A DNA stretch of 64,000 nt from Octopus sinensis (GCF_006345805.1 NC_043021.1:5456001-5520000), one strand, 5' to 3'; positions 1 through 13,466 are shown, numbered from the stretch's first letter. Made by a program: numbers and translations. Notes: generated from the sequence alone by a model not told the origin.

Positions 1-28
1 ACATTGTCACCCACCCTCTCTCTCTCTC

Positions 29-118
<90 letters not shown>

Positions 119-501
119 ATACTTGCATAGACAGACATGTACACACATTTTGACATACATTCACGCATAAAACTGAGCATCTCTTGTTCATACACAGATG
201 CCAGGTGCACTAATCCGCAAACAGGTATATGCTTCCACACACACACACACCACACACACACACACATAACTTCATAAACAAACACACCAATCACCAAAAC
301 ATGTACATCCACACATCCAGGCACAAAGATGCAGATGCCTACAGACTCATGGAAACACCCACGCATAAACGTGAACGCATAACCAGACAGGGGAAAACAT
401 ATCACAAACAAACACACATGTCCAGATACACAAATACATCCACACACATGCACAGGACATATCACAAAATCACACACAGCCATACATATATGCACACATT
501 C

Positions 502-722
502 ACCTGGGTTACGACGATCAAGGAGGACCTCTCCGTGCTCACGGGACCACAGGTGGTCAGCCTGCACCGATGGGACCGTGACTGGCTCGCTATCTCCAGT
601 GAACTGGCGCAGGACTGTCGTGCGTGGGCTGCCATGGTTCGAGATGCCTCAAGGGTGGTAGAAGAAGCAGACTCAACCCAAACCAGGGTGAATGTCGCCA
701 CAAGTACAATTAAGTAGTACAC
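502..722 (+). mobile_element. 3' end of an RTE-clade LINE (RT ORF C-terminus)
   Basis: TWVTTIKEDLSVLTGPQVVSLHRWDRDWLAISSELAQDCRAWAAMVRDA resembles the RTE ORF C-terminus (KTWATTIKEDL...SELAQDRRAW); short caagta-like tail. Confidence 0.7.
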
Positions 723-796
723 ATTCACATGTAGTCTCCTCCATCCACACATTGATGATGTGTACTTCCACACTAAGAAACACACATACACAGACA

Positions 797-2130
797 CGTT
801 CTGAGTTCAAATTCTGCCGAGGTCGACTTTGCCTTTCATCCTTTCGGGGTCGATGAATTAAGTACCAGTTACGCACTGGGGTCGATGTAATCGACTTAAT
901 CCCTTTGTCTGTCCTTGTTTGTCCCCTCTGTGTTTAGCCCCTTGTGGGTAGTAAAGAAATAGGTATTTCGTCTGCTGTTACGTTCTGAGTTCAAATTCTG
1001 CCGAGGTCGACTTTGCCTTTCATCCTTTCGGGGTCGATGAATTAAGTACCAGTTACGCACTGGGGTCGATGTAATCGACTTAATCCCTTTGTCTGTCTTT
1101 GTTTGTACCCTCTGTGTTTAGCCCCTTGTGGGTAGTAAAGAAATAGGTATTTCCTCTGCCGTTACGTTCTGAGTTCAAATTCTGCCGAGGTCGACTTTGC
1201 CTTTCATCCTTTCGGGGTCGATGAATTAAGTACCAGTTACGCACTGGGGTCGATGTAATCGACTTAATCCCTTTGTCTGTCCTTGTTTGTCCCCTCTGTG
1301 TTTAGCCCCTTGTGGGTAGTAAAGAAATAGGTATTTCGTCTGCTGTTACGTTCTGAGTTCAAATTCTGCCAAGGTCGACTTTGCCTTTCATCCTTTCGGG
1401 GTCGATGAATTAAGTACCAGTTATGCACTGGGGTCGATGTAATCGACTTAATCCATTTGTCTGTCTTTGTTTGTCCCCTCTGTGTTTAGCCCCTTGTGGG
1501 TAGTAAAGAAATAGGTATTTCCTCTGCCGTTACGTTCTGAGTTCAAATTCTGCCGAGGTCGACTTTGCCTTTCATCCTTTCGGGGTCGATGAATTAAGTA
1601 CCAGTTACGCACTGGGGTCGATGTAATCGACTTAATCCCTTTGCCTGTCCTTGTTTGTCCCCTCTGTGTTTAGCCCCTTGTGGGTAGTAAAGAAATAGGT
1701 ATTTCGTCTGCTGTTACGTCTGAGTTCAATTCTGCCGAGGTCGACTTTGCCTTTCATCCTTTCGGGGTTGATGAATTAAGTACCAGTTATGCACTGGGGT
1801 CGATGTAATCGACTTAATCCCTTTGTCTGTCCTTGTTTGTCCCCTCTGTGTTTAGCCCCTTGTGGGTAGTAAAGAAATAGGTATTTCTCTGCCGTTACGT
1901 TCTGAGTTCAAATTCTGCCGAGGTCGACTTTGCCTTTCATCCTTTCGGGGTCGATGAATTAAGTACCAGTTACGCACTGGGGTCGATGTAATCGACTTAA
2001 TCCCTTTGTCTGTCTTTGTTTGTCCCCTCTGTGTTTATCCCCTTGTGGGTAGTAAAGAAATAGGTATTTCCTCTGCCGTTACGTTCTGAGTTCAAATTCT
2101 GTTGAGGTCGACTTTGCCTTTCATCCTTTC
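797..2130 (+). repeat. Tandem array of about 7.25 x 184-bp units derived from the 3' part of SINE family B
   Basis: Units start at 797, 981, 1165, 1349, 1533, 1717, 1898 and 2082, each beginning cgttctgagttcaaattctgccgaggtcgac. The same sequence occurs in dispersed SINE copies. Confidence 0.95.
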
Positions 2131-2627
2131 TGTTGTATGTATGTATGTGTGTGTGTATATATATATGTGTGTGTGTGTACATGTGCATATACATGTATGT
2201 ATATGTGTGTGTTTATGTGTTTGTTCCCCCACCATTGCTTGATAACTGGTATTGGTTTGTTTATGTCTCTGTAGCTTAGTAGTTCAGGAAAAGGGACAGA
2301 CAAAATAAATTCTAGACTTGGAAAGATAAGTACTGGGTTCGATTTGTTCAGCTAAACCTTTCAAAGACAATGCCCCTGCATGGCCACAGCCCACTTTTGG
2401 TCCTTTACTGAAACAGGTGAAAGACCAATCTGGTACTGGTGGTATGTCCTTTCATCTGTTACATTCTGAAAAGATCTACCATGTTGTCAAAGAGTGGTTT
2501 TGCCATGAGGACCCCCTAGCCTGTCTCCACACATGCATGACTACGTAGGGACCGAAAACAATTAGCAAAAGCATGGTACGATGGTACCAAGCGATGGTTG
2601 CTTGTGAGTGACAGCTGTAGTTCGTTC

Positions 2628-3044
2628 TTTTTTTACTCTCTCTTTACTCCTTTACTTGTTTCAGTCATTTGACTGCGGCCATGCTGGAGCACCACCTTTA
2701 ATCGAGCAAATCGACCCCGGGACTTATTCTTTTGTAAGCCCAGTACTTATTCTATCAATCTCTTTTGCCGAACCGCTAAGTAACGGTGACATAAACACAC
2801 CAGCATCGGTTGTCAAGCAATGCTAGGGGGGACAAACACAGACACACAAACACACACGCGCATATATATATATACATATATACGACAGGCTTCTTTCAGT
2901 TTCCGTCTACCAAATCCACTCACAAGGCTTTGGTCGGCCCAAGGCTATAGTAGAAGACACTTGCCCAAGGTGCCACGCAGTGGGACTGAACCCGGAACCA
3001 TGTGGTTGGTAAACAAGCTACTTACCACACAGCCACTCCTGCGC
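2628..3044 (-). mobile_element. SINE family A (tRNA-derived head, CORE-like CCTTGGGCAAGT, internal (TA/TG)n, aaagag tail)
   Basis: Near-identical to copies at 9710-10119(-), 34932-35347(+), 53207-53592(+) and 54080-54492(-); A/B-box-like head ggcgcaggagtggctgtgtggtaag...gggttcagtccc. Confidence 0.85.
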
Positions 3045-3438
3045 TTATACTGTGTATAAAAAAACACACACACACACACACACAAAAAAAATATTTCATT
3101 TTGAAATCCTTCCTTCTAGTCGTGTAGTCTTTCAGTAGCTGAAAATAGCAATGAGAGCCTCTCTGATTACACCAGTAAGGTTTGCATGTATGCATGCCCG
3201 CATGAGCTCTGCTAGCTGTTTCTCCTAGGCTTGCATGTCAGTCGAGTGAGTGGTGCTACATAATATACCCTGACACTGTTACCAGATTTTGTTTTCGATG
3301 TTTGAATAACAAGGGATTTCTGTTTATGGTGAATTCTAGGTGTTGGGATCTATTTCTAGCTTTCATTGGCATTCCAGAAGACTCCCCTAACATAGTTGCA
3401 CATCTGCTCAACTGTTTATCCATCCATCCATCCATTTG

Positions 3439-3483
<45 letters not shown>

Positions 3484-3528
3484 TTCTATCTATCTATCCA
3501 TCCATCCCTATCTATCTATCTATCCATC

Positions 3529-3601
<73 letters not shown>

Positions 3602-3631
3602 ATCTATCTATCTCTATCTATCTATCCATCC

Positions 3632-3677
<46 letters not shown>

Positions 3678-3682
3678 ATCTA

Positions 3683-3723
<41 letters not shown>

Positions 3724-4789
3724 ATCTATATATCTATATCTATCACTCTCTCTCTCTCTCTCTCTATCTAATCTATCTGTCTGTATGTGTCTTATTTATC
3801 TATGTATCTACTTATGTGCATGTGTGTGTATATGTGTGTATGTGTCTTTATATGAACTGCCTGTCTATCAAAATACTTGCACACATATATGCATGTGAAA
3901 TATACATATGCACTTATGTCTGTATACATATGAGTGTACATACACGTGTACATACACACACACACACACACACACATGAGTGGCTTCTTTCAGTTTCCAT
4001 TCACCACATCCACTCACATGACTATGGTCGGTCCAGTTCTATGCCAGGAGGTGCTTACCCAGGGAGCCAAGGTGTGTGGACTGAGACCGATACCAGGCAA
4101 ATGGAAAGCAAACTTCTTAACCACACACACGTGTGCACGTACACACACAAGCTCATCTGTGTGTGTGGGTGTGAGTGTGTATATAAACACACATATACAC
4201 ATACACATACACATAATGTGGGTATAGAATGTAAACGTTTGTGTGTGAGTGAAAAACAGTAGTGTGTGTGTGAGAGAGAGAGATGTATAGTGTGTGTGTG
4301 TGAGAGAGAGAGAGATGTATAGTGTCTTTGTGTGTGTGTGTGAGAGAGAGATGTATAGTGTCTTTGTGTGTGTGTGTGTGTATATATGTAAAGGAGTGGT
4401 TTCATATAGGTTGGCCTGTGTGTGTGTGTCTGTGTGCCTCTATATGCATGTGTGTGTGTGTGTGTGAACGTAATGTATGTTGTAAGGAGAAAGTGAGAGA
4501 GATAAAGAGATAGATATATAGTTAGATAGAGAGAGATATTGATAGATAGAGAGAGATAACAAAGAGAGCAAAAAAAACCACCTTTCTAGAATCTTAGAGC
4601 ATTATAATGATGTTATCTTGGAGGAAATCCTGGGGAGTTTTTTTTTGTTTTTTTATGAGAAAAACAGAAGACTGACACAGATATGGATCCCCAATGATAA
4701 ACAATTTTGCAAATATCGCTGCTGCTGCTGCTGCTGTTGCTAATGGTCTGCATGGTGATGCTAATGATATTGATAATACTGACAATATA

Positions 4790-5207
4790 AGGGCGGCGAG
4801 CCGGCAGAAACGTTAGCGCGCTGGGCGAAATGCTCAGCGGTATTTCGTCTGTCGTTACGTTCTGAGTTCAAATTCCACCGAGGTTGACTTTGCCTTTCAT
4901 CCTTTCGGGGTCGATTAAATAAGTACCAGTTATGCACTGGGGTCGATGTAATCGACTTAATGCTTTTGTCTGTCCTTGTTTGTAACCTCTATGTTTAGCC
5001 CCTTGTGGGCAATTAAGAAATAGCTATTTCGTCTATCGTTACGTTCTGAGTTCAAATTCCACCGAGGTCGACTTTGCCTTTCATCCTTTCAGGGTCGATA
5101 AATTAAGTACCAGTTACGCACTGGGGCCGATGTAATCGACTTAATGCCTTTGTCTGTCCTTGTTTGTCCCCTCTATGTTTAGCCCCTTGTGGGTAATAAA
5201 GAAATAT
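4790..5207 (+). mobile_element. SINE family B dimer (head plus two 184-bp units) with 16-bp TSD
   Basis: Head ggcggcgagccggcagaaacgttagc. TSD ataatactgacaatat at 4773-4788 and 5208-5223. Confidence 0.9.
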
Positions 5208-5449
5208 ATAATACTGACAATATTGAAGGGGAAGATGATTGTGATCATGCTGTTGATGATAGTGATGATGATAATTCCAGTAATATCTCAGATGATTATG
5301 ATTGCAGATATGATGATGATGATGATGGTGGTGGTGATATGATAGTTTCTCTGTTCATCACTGGTCATGTATTTATGAGTTAAAGCAAAGACGAGGTTGT
5401 TGATTTTAAATAATTACGTGCACATGTGATAAAAATAATTTAGTGGTGA

Positions 5450-6435
5450 GAGCAGTATTAGTGCCAAAAGGTACTCTTAATGTGGTTGTCTTGTTAGAGT
5501 ACTGAATACTGTGGCATTAGCCTCTATATGAGAGGTTCCCTCATATAGATACATGGTGCATGTTGGCACTAACACATATAGCATAGCAGACGGGAGTCAT
5601 TTGATATGGGTACTGGAACTGCCAGATCACATACTTTCAGTATGCTGCACTTCTTCAGTGGCAAACTTCTAGTGATTGCATATCAGCCAAGTCTTGCTGT
5701 TATGATATTGTTGCTGATGTTGCAAATAGCCAGCAGGCTTATTAACCCTTTCGTTACCAACCCGGCTGAATCCGGCATTGGCTCTATGGTACAAATGTCT
5801 TGTTTTCATAAGTTTTGAATTAAAATCTTCCACCAAACCTTTGTCACAATTTATGTTCCTAACACTAGCTGAATGATAATACTAAGTTATTTTACTAAAT
5901 TCTTTGTTATATTTAAAATTAACTGAAAGAAACACAGAGCATCTCAAAATAAATATGGAAACAAAAGGGTTAAAGAAATTATTACTTGTGAAGGGAGCTG
6001 TATTCATACCAAAAGGCAAACTTTATATCCGACTTGATGTGAATGTGTTCTTAGAATACTAAATACTGCAGTATTTGCCTTGAGAGGTCCTCTCATAATA
6101 GACACACACCTTTTGGTGCTAATATTGCTTTGGTTCTTAACGATTATTTTTTAATAAGCTTGCTGGCTATTTACCACATCAGTGACTGAAATGGCACCAA
6201 TATTCTATAAATCATGGGAGCAAAATTTGGCTGGTATGTGGTCACAGGATGCCTGCCACTGAGGAAGTGCAGTACACTGAAATCAGGTGATCTGTCTGTA
6301 CAGGTGCCTATATGAGATGATTCTCATCTGCTATGCTATATGCGTCTGTGCTTTTAAGGACCATGCATCCATATGAGAGGACCTATCAAAGGGAACACAA
6401 CAGCATTCAATGTTCTAACAAGACATCCACATATG
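5450..6435. repeat. Old diverged fold-back element (arms about 5480-5742 and 6152-6432) with a nested MITE
   Basis: gcaaatagccagcaggcttatt versus aataagcttgctggctattt; cttcttcagtggc versus gccactgaggaag; atatagcatagcagacg versus catctgctatgctatat. Confidence 0.6.
5742..5973. mobile_element. piggyBac-type MITE
   Basis: TTAA|CCCTTTCGTTAC ... aaacaaaAGGG|TTAA termini. The family also occurs at 11214-11806, 26366-26818 and 27042-27270. Confidence 0.8.
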
Positions 6436-6492
6436 TGATATTTAGATTATCAATACAGTTGTTTCAGTTGAGATTTTAACTGCTATTCAAGC

Positions 6493-6786
6493 GAGGTCGT
6501 TGCCAGTGCCACTGGTCTGGCTCCTGTATAGGTGGCACATAAAAAGCACCATTTGAGCGTGGCCGTTGCCAGTACCACCTGACTGGCCCTCGTGTCGGTG
6601 GCATGTAAAAGCACCCACTACACTCTTGGAGTGATTGGCGTTAGGAAGGGCATCCAGCTGTAGAAACTCTGCCAGATCAGATTGGAGTCTGGTGCAGCCA
6701 TCTGGTTCGCCAGCCCTCAGTCAAATCATCCAACCCATGCTAGCATGGAAAGCGGATGTTAAACAATGATGGTGATTCTGATGATG
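6493..6786 (+). mobile_element. Retroelement family C (internal about 60-bp repeats, RTE-like 3' tail ending (GAT)n)
   Basis: Shared ggtggcacgtaaaaagcacc repeat and the tail ccaacccatgctagcatggaaagcggacgttaaa(tga)n. Other copies at 11243-11608, 29607-30357, 48008-48145 and 55365-55700. Confidence 0.75.
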
Positions 6787-7403
6787 ATCACAGTATTTTC
6801 TGGCTAATTTCTTCATTCAATCCATCCATCTATTGACTGTATATTTCCCTTAAGAAAGCAAAGGTGTGTAGCCTAGTGTTAGGGTTTTCGCACGCAGTAT
6901 CTTATGGTCACAGTTTCAATTCCCAGACTGATAGGTGTGTTGTGTACTTGGGCAAAGAATTTCATTTCACATTGTTCCGGTTCACTCAGGTGTAAATGAG
7001 TTCCAGCAATAGCTGGGAAATTATCCCTGCAAATGGGCCAGTGTCCCCTTTAGTGGGGAGTGTTGAAATCTCAGTCACTTATATCCCTTAGAAAGTTAAC
7101 TCTGGGCCATATGAGTCCTCAGGCTCAAGACAGACTTAAAGTCTAAGTCTTAAAAATAATTACAAAAAACCCCCTGCAAAACAATGTCTCAGTTGTGTAT
7201 ATGTGTGTATTCATCTAACCCATGCTAGTTAGGAAAAAATGGATGTAAATCAAAGAAAGAAACGAGCGTATTTTACAACTTTCTCAATTTGAGGGCAACT
7301 TTTCTCTCATCAACCTCTGAGACCTTGAAAAAGATTTCGAGGACTGCCTTCTTTCCTTCTTTCATTAACTCACAAAATCCAACCCCAAAAATAAGCACAC
7401 ACA

Positions 7404-7454
<51 letters not shown>

Positions 7455-7750
7455 CACACACCACACACCCACACACACACAACACCTCTGGTGGTGGTGA
7501 TGGTGGTTGGTAGCTGAGATGATGATGATGGTGGTGATGGTGGTGTGGTGGTGGTTGGCAGCTGAGATGGAGATGATGGTAGTGGCAGTGGTGATGGTGA
7601 TGGTGGTTGTGGCTGGTTGCTAGATGGTATTGATGATGGTGTTGGTGGTTGGCAGCTGGGATGGTGGTAGTGGTGGATGTGGTGATGGTGCTGGTGGTGG
7701 TGGTGGTTGATGGTGCTGATGATGTATTACGGAGCATCTAAAATGCTTAC

Positions 7751-7819
7751 ACAGTGTGTCAGTGGCGTGCTTGCTTCGTGAAAGTCTCCACCAAAGTCTC
7801 TGGTATTATTCCTCGACAT
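7751..7819 (-). CDS. Candidate start-codon exon of an unidentified antisense gene (MSRNNTRDFGGDFHEASTPLTHC)
   Basis: On the - strand: aaataATGtcg context, 23 non-repetitive codons, then |GTAAGC donor (7750-7745). A cag acceptor is possible at 7825. Adjacent to CCAAT, G-tract and CRE-like motifs. Confidence 0.35.
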
Positions 7820-7828
7820 TATTTCTGG

Positions 7829-7952
7829 TGGTGGGGGTGGGGGTACGGCAAGGTAGGGTGGGGGTGGGGGTGGGGTTCATTGGCTGCCGATCAGCTGTTA
7901 GTGTAATAAAAGTTTTGGCAATCCTCCCTTCTTCTATGTCTTGATGACGTGA
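7829..7952. promoter_or_regulatory. Promoter-like cluster: G5 tracts (G-quadruplex/GT-box potential), CCAAT and CRE-like TGACGTGA
   Basis: GGGGGTGGGGG...GGGTGGGGGTGGGGGTGGGG at 7833-7875, ATTGG at 7879-7883, TGACGTGA at 7945-7952, in non-repeat sequence. Confidence 0.3.
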
Positions 7953-8729
7953 CCCGGGGTTTGTCTTGTCTTTTTGGCTATTTTGATCGACCAAGAATTT
8001 GAAGGGTGGTGGGCATAGGCATATGCGGTGGTACAGTTTTACTCTTGTTTCAGCCCCTCTTTTCACTCTCTCTCTCATCCTTTCTCTCTCTCTCTCACTC
8101 TCTCTCTCTCTCACACACATCCTCTCTCTCTCTCATCCTCTCTCTCTCTCTCATTCTCTGTCTCTCTCTCATTCTCTCTCTCTCCCCACTTCCCTAATCT
8201 GTCTCTCCTCCTCCCTCTCATTCGCTCTCTTATCCTCCCTCTCCTACATCTCTCTCCCCACTCCCTTCTCCCTCACCCTTGCCACCTCGTTTTCTTGTCT
8301 CTTTCCCATCCTTCCCACTCTCTATCTCTACCTATCCTCCCCTCTCTCTCTCTGTCTCTCCCCTCCTCCCTTCCCCATTTCTCTCCATCTTTCCCTCTGT
8401 CTACTCCTCCCCCTTCACATCTCTCCCTATCCTTCCCTCTTTCTATCCCTCTCCTCTCCTCATCTTTCCCACTCTATCACTTCCCCATCCACCCCTCCCC
8501 ATTTTCCCTCCCTCTCCCCTCCCATTCTCTACTTCACTCCTCCACCCTCCTCTCTCTCACTCTCTCTCTCTCTACTTCTGTTTGTTTTTCTTGCTCAGCT
8601 TCTTATATTTTTTAGTCCAAAATTTTTTCACCTCTCGTCCTTCCTGCTCTCGTCTCTCCTCGCTCCTCGCTCTCTCTCGCTCTCCTCTCCCATATTTTGT
8701 GCATGCACACATGAGTGTGTATGTCACCC

Positions 8730-8763
<34 letters not shown>

Positions 8764-8989
8764 TCATCATCATAAGTTTACTTTTCCAGCCTTCCATGGG
8801 TCAGCTGGAATTTGTTGAAGTCTTCGTACCAGGTGCTCTTCCTGTCACTCACTCTTCCATTTCTAAATCAGGTGATATTTCCTCATGGCCCAGACAGGTT
8901 TCTTGCAGCTGGTTCAGAATGAACGATTGCTTACATGATGGCGGTACTTGTTTACAACTATTGTACAATATCAAGACGAGGACACACAG

Positions 8990-9285
8990 ACACACAGACA
9001 AAACATACTTGTGTATGAGCAAAGCCAACGCCAGCATTGCGACCAACATTGTGCAAGCATGAAGGCACGCTGGCAAAATGTTGCTCCCCTAAATGGAAAC
9101 CTTAGCTCTCATTGTGGTTTTGTTGCATGGAGCAAAGCAAGCCTTACTGTCCGCTCAAGAAAACATGTAGTAAATGAGCCACAAGTAGTTGAGCAAACTG
9201 AGTCTTCAATTTGTTGCCAAAAGGTTTGCAAGGCACCAATAGGCCTCAAGAGACATATTCTTGACCATAGAACACAATTGCTGCC
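8990..9285 (+). mobile_element. Degenerate LINE ORF C-terminus with a C2H2-like remnant
   Basis: ...ICCQKVCKAPIGLKRHILDH resembles the terminal zinc-finger-like motif of RTE-type ORFs (C..C.R.F.A.IGL.SH.RTH). Confidence 0.4.
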
Positions 9286-9396
9286 TTGTTTTACTGAACT
9301 CTCATTTGTCATTCATGACAAGAGAGTCCATCATATATGTGTATCTATCTGTCTGTCTGTCCTCTCTCTCTACACACACACACACACACACACACA

Positions 9397-9630
9397 CCGA
9401 CGATTTCATCTCAATCGAAGGAGAGGGGCTTTCTCCGTCCGGGCTGCAGATCCGTGGAATAAGCTGGCGGACGAAATAGTGAAGATGCTGACGACCGTTC
9501 GGTTCAAAGTCTCTCTTGACCAGAAATGACCTGAACTCTTTGCATGAACACCCTCCCTGTACATAACTCCATGTCTCCCTACATGGCCTTGCTTTTTGCT
9601 TTTTGAGCCAAAAAATTAACTTAACTTAAC
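9397..9630 (+). mobile_element. CR1-clade LINE 3' fragment
   Basis: RRFHLNRRRGAFSVRAADPWNKLADEIVKMLTTVRFKVSLD matches the CR1 ORF2 C-terminus pattern (FS.RV...WN.LP..VV......FK..LD); (TTAAC)n tail. Confidence 0.75.
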
Positions 9631-9709
9631 ACACAGATATACAACCGGTTTCTTTTAGTTTCTGTGTAACATTTCCATTCATGGAGCTTTGGTCACACAT
9701 GCATATATA

Positions 9710-9918
9710 CTCTCTCTCTCTCTTTTACTTGTTTCAGTCAGTTGACTGTGGCCATGCTGGAGCACCGCCTTTAGTCGAGCAACTTGACCCCGGGACTTAT
9801 TCTTTGTAAGCCCAGTACTTATTCTATCGGTCTCTTTTGCCGAACCGCTAAGTGACTGGGACATAAACACACCAGCATCGGTTGTCAAGCAATGCAAGGG
9901 GGACAAACACAGACACAG

Positions 9919-9949
<31 letters not shown>

Positions 9950-10119
9950 CATATATACGACGGGCTTCTTTCAGTTTCTGTCTACCAAATCCACTCACAA
10001 GGCTTTGGTCGGCCCGAGGCTATAGTAGAAGACACTTGCCCAAAGTGCCACGCAGTGGGACTGAACCCGGAACCATGTGGTTGGTAAGCAAGCTACTTAC
10101 CACACAACCCCTCCTGCGC
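9710..10119 (-). mobile_element. SINE family A copy
   Basis: Same sequence as 2628-3044. Confidence 0.85.
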
Positions 10120-11213
10120 ATATATGCATGTGTGTGTGTGTATAGATACGAGTTGTAGTGTGTTATTCATCTACACAAGGAACTGTGCCTCATGTAGATG
10201 AGTAAACACATTATAATATAACAACCAAAATGTATTCTAAGACAAACAAGCAAAACAAATTAAAACTCAAGGTCTCTTTTGACAAGTCACATGATGAGAC
10301 ACATCTGTGTCTAAGATGCACCACAGCTGTTTTGTACAGCACCTCACCCACAGGGCACCAGTGCACGGTGGGTCGTAAATATCGTAGCGAGTAATAAAGA
10401 ATCACATGAATTCCATTTTCTTGCTCTCCTATTTTATATATGTATTATGCATGTTACTCATGCTGTATGTCATCACATCAAAAGCTTCCATCTGTTTTTC
10501 CATGCTGGCATGGGTTCGGTGGTTTGCCACAGTCTGCATCATCATCATCATCATCATACACACACACACACACACACAACACAACACACACAGACACACA
10601 TACAACACACACACACACAACATACACACAACACACACACAACACACACACACACAACACACACAGACACACATACAACACACACACACACAACATACAC
10701 ACAACACACACACAACACACACACACAACACACACAACACCATACACACACCAACCACACAACATACACACACACACACACCACACACACACACACACAA
10801 ACAAACCAAACCCAACACACAACACCACACCCACACAACACACACACACACCCACACACACACACACACAACACAACACACACACACACACACACACACA
10901 ACAACAGACAGACAGACACACACACAACACACACACACACACATTTCCAGGGAAAACCAACCAACTTTGCTATTGTATATTACGTGTCTCATAGTCTGGG
11001 TTGGGGTGTATTTTATTAGTGCCAAGTGGCACCAGAGGGGTTGTTTTGAGGTTGCTGTCTAAGCACTTTTTATCTTTTTAAATTTTCTTCTGACCTTGGA
11101 CTCATAAGTCAGGCTATTCCCCACCCTTTCTTTTTTTTCTCTTTTCAAAAACTTTTTCTTGAGTCGCAAGAATCTTAATGCTAGTTACCTGGTTCTAATG
11201 GTGTTTAAGTGAC

Positions 11214-11806
11214 TTAACCCTTTTGTTACTGTATTTTAAAAAATCAAAATCAAAATCGATCAACATCAATGGAAATTGTAGCTGTGATACCAGTGCCGGT
11301 GGCACATAAGAGAACCATCCGAACGTGGCCGTTGCCAGCACCGCCCCTGACTGGCTTCCGTGCCGGTGGCACGTAAAAAGCACCATCCGATTGTGGCCAT
11401 TGCCAGCCTCGTCTGGCACCTGTGCCGGTGGCATGTAAAAAGCACCCACTACACTCATGGAGTGGTTGGCATTAGGAAGGGCACCCAGCCGTAAAAACAC
11501 TACCAGATCAGACTGGGCTTGGTGCAGCCTTCTGGCTTCCCAGACCCCAGTTGCACCATCCAACCCATGTCAGCATGGAAGGTGGACGCTAAACGATGAT
11601 GATGAGATGATGCTCTGTGTTTCTTTCAATTACTTTAAATATAATAAAGAATTTAGTCAAATAACTTAGTTATCATTAAGCTAGTGTTAGGAACATAAAT
11701 TGTGACTAAGGTTTGGTGGAAGATTTTAGTTCAAAACTTTTGAAAACAAGACATTTGTACTCAGAGCCAGGGCCGGTTTCAGCCGGGTTGGTAACGAAAG
11801 GGTTAA
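11214..11806. mobile_element. piggyBac-type MITE interrupted by a family C retroelement (11243-11608)
   Basis: TTAA|CCCTTTTGTTAC ... GTAACGAAAGGG|TTAA; the internal sequence resumes after the (GAT)n tail. Confidence 0.78.
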
Positions 11807-12272
11807 ATCACAACATGACCCTGAAATGGGATGCTAGTCTGTAGCAGGATTCAAGAGCAACAATTTTTGACAGAAGGGGACAAATTAATTACATTGAACC
11901 TAGGTGTTGACTGGTCCTTTATTTTATCGACTTTGAAGGAATGAAAAGCAAAGTTGACCTTAGTAGGATTTGAACTTAGAACGTAAAGAATTCGAAGAAA
12001 TGCTGCTAAGCATTTTGGCTGAGTTGCTTGCAATTTCTGCTGGCATGCTGTCAGAAGTTCTTTTATGTGGTTACTTCTCTTGGCCAGTTTCAGCCAGTTA
12101 AGCCAGCGCCAGACTGCTTACTGGCCGAAACTTCAAAGTCGTTGTTAGTAAAATTCTTGTTTAAGAATAATGAATTTGTACTCTACAAAAGTAATGTGCC
12201 ATTAGTAACCAGTGTAATGTAAAATTGTTTTTAGTATTACTGACCATAAGAACAAACATTAATATATGTCTG

Positions 12273-12309
<37 letters not shown>

Positions 12310-12402
12310 GTATATAGAGAGAGACAGATAGATAGATTGATACACACACACACATATATATATATAGAGAGAGAGAGACAGATAGATAGATTGATACACA
12401 CA

Positions 12403-12440
<38 letters not shown>

Positions 12441-12442
12441 CG

Positions 12443-12480
<38 letters not shown>

Positions 12481-12973
12481 AGAGAGAGACAGATAGATAG
12501 ATTGATACATACACACACACACAAACATTATGTAAATAGGTCTGACCCATGTCAGCAAGTAACATGGATGTTAAATGATGGTATGTGTATGTATATAGAT
12601 GTGTTTATATATGTATGTATGTATGTGTGTGTGTGTGTGTATATATTCATATATATATATTATATATATATAGGTGTGTATATGTTGTGTGTATGCATGA
12701 GTGTTTGTATGAATATATAAAAATTTGTGTATATATACACACATACATATATGTGGCTGTGTGTGTGTGTAGACTTATAAACCTAATGGCATATTTCCCA
12801 GATGCTTGAAAGAAAAAAGCCTCCTGTTACTTGTCTTTTCTACGCATCTTTTCAACACTTTCTTTTGACCCTGAGCCCACCCTCACTAACCGGCTGTGTG
12901 TGTGTGTGTTTGCTGTAGTATACCTACCCTGCCTTTTCTTTCCATACATCTCTTATTGTCTGTATCTATCTCC

Positions 12974-13020
<47 letters not shown>

Positions 13021-13052
13021 TGTGTGTATATATATGTGTGTGTGTGTATATA

Positions 13053-13083
<31 letters not shown>

Positions 13084-13435
13084 ATATATGTGTGTGTGTG
13101 TGTGTATATGTATGTGTGTATATGTGTGTGTGTGTGTATATGTATGTGTGTGTGTATATGTGTGTGTGTGTGCGCGCATGGTGGTGTGTGTATGTTGTGT
13201 GTGTATATATGTTGTGTTGTGTATATATGTGTGTGTGTGTGTATATATGTGTGTGTATATGTGTGTGTCTGTATGTGTTGTCTGTGTGTGTGTATGTGTG
13301 TGTGTATGTGTGTGTATATATGTGTGTGTGTATATGTGGTGTGTGTAATGTGGTGTGTGTGTATATGTGTGTGTGTGTGTATATATGTGTGTGTGTGTGT
13401 ATATATGTGTGTGTGTATATGTGTGTGTGTATATA

Positions 13436-13466
<31 letters not shown>

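Noticed and set aside
3136-3174. 39-nt phase 1-1 exon candidate (also 15553-15632 with GTAAGC donor)
   Set aside because: The splice signals are plausible, but inclusion would break the LD1 consensus and there is no homology support.
3302-4405. Long ORFs rich in LSIY / CV / HT repeats (also at 10.4-11.0, 12.2-13.7, 17.6-18.0, 33.4-34.0, 36.6-37.3, 44.0-44.4 and 57.2-58.1 kb)
   Set aside because: They are translations of (CTAT)n, (CA)n, (TA)n and (CT)n microsatellites, which lack stop codons in some frames; no protein-like content.
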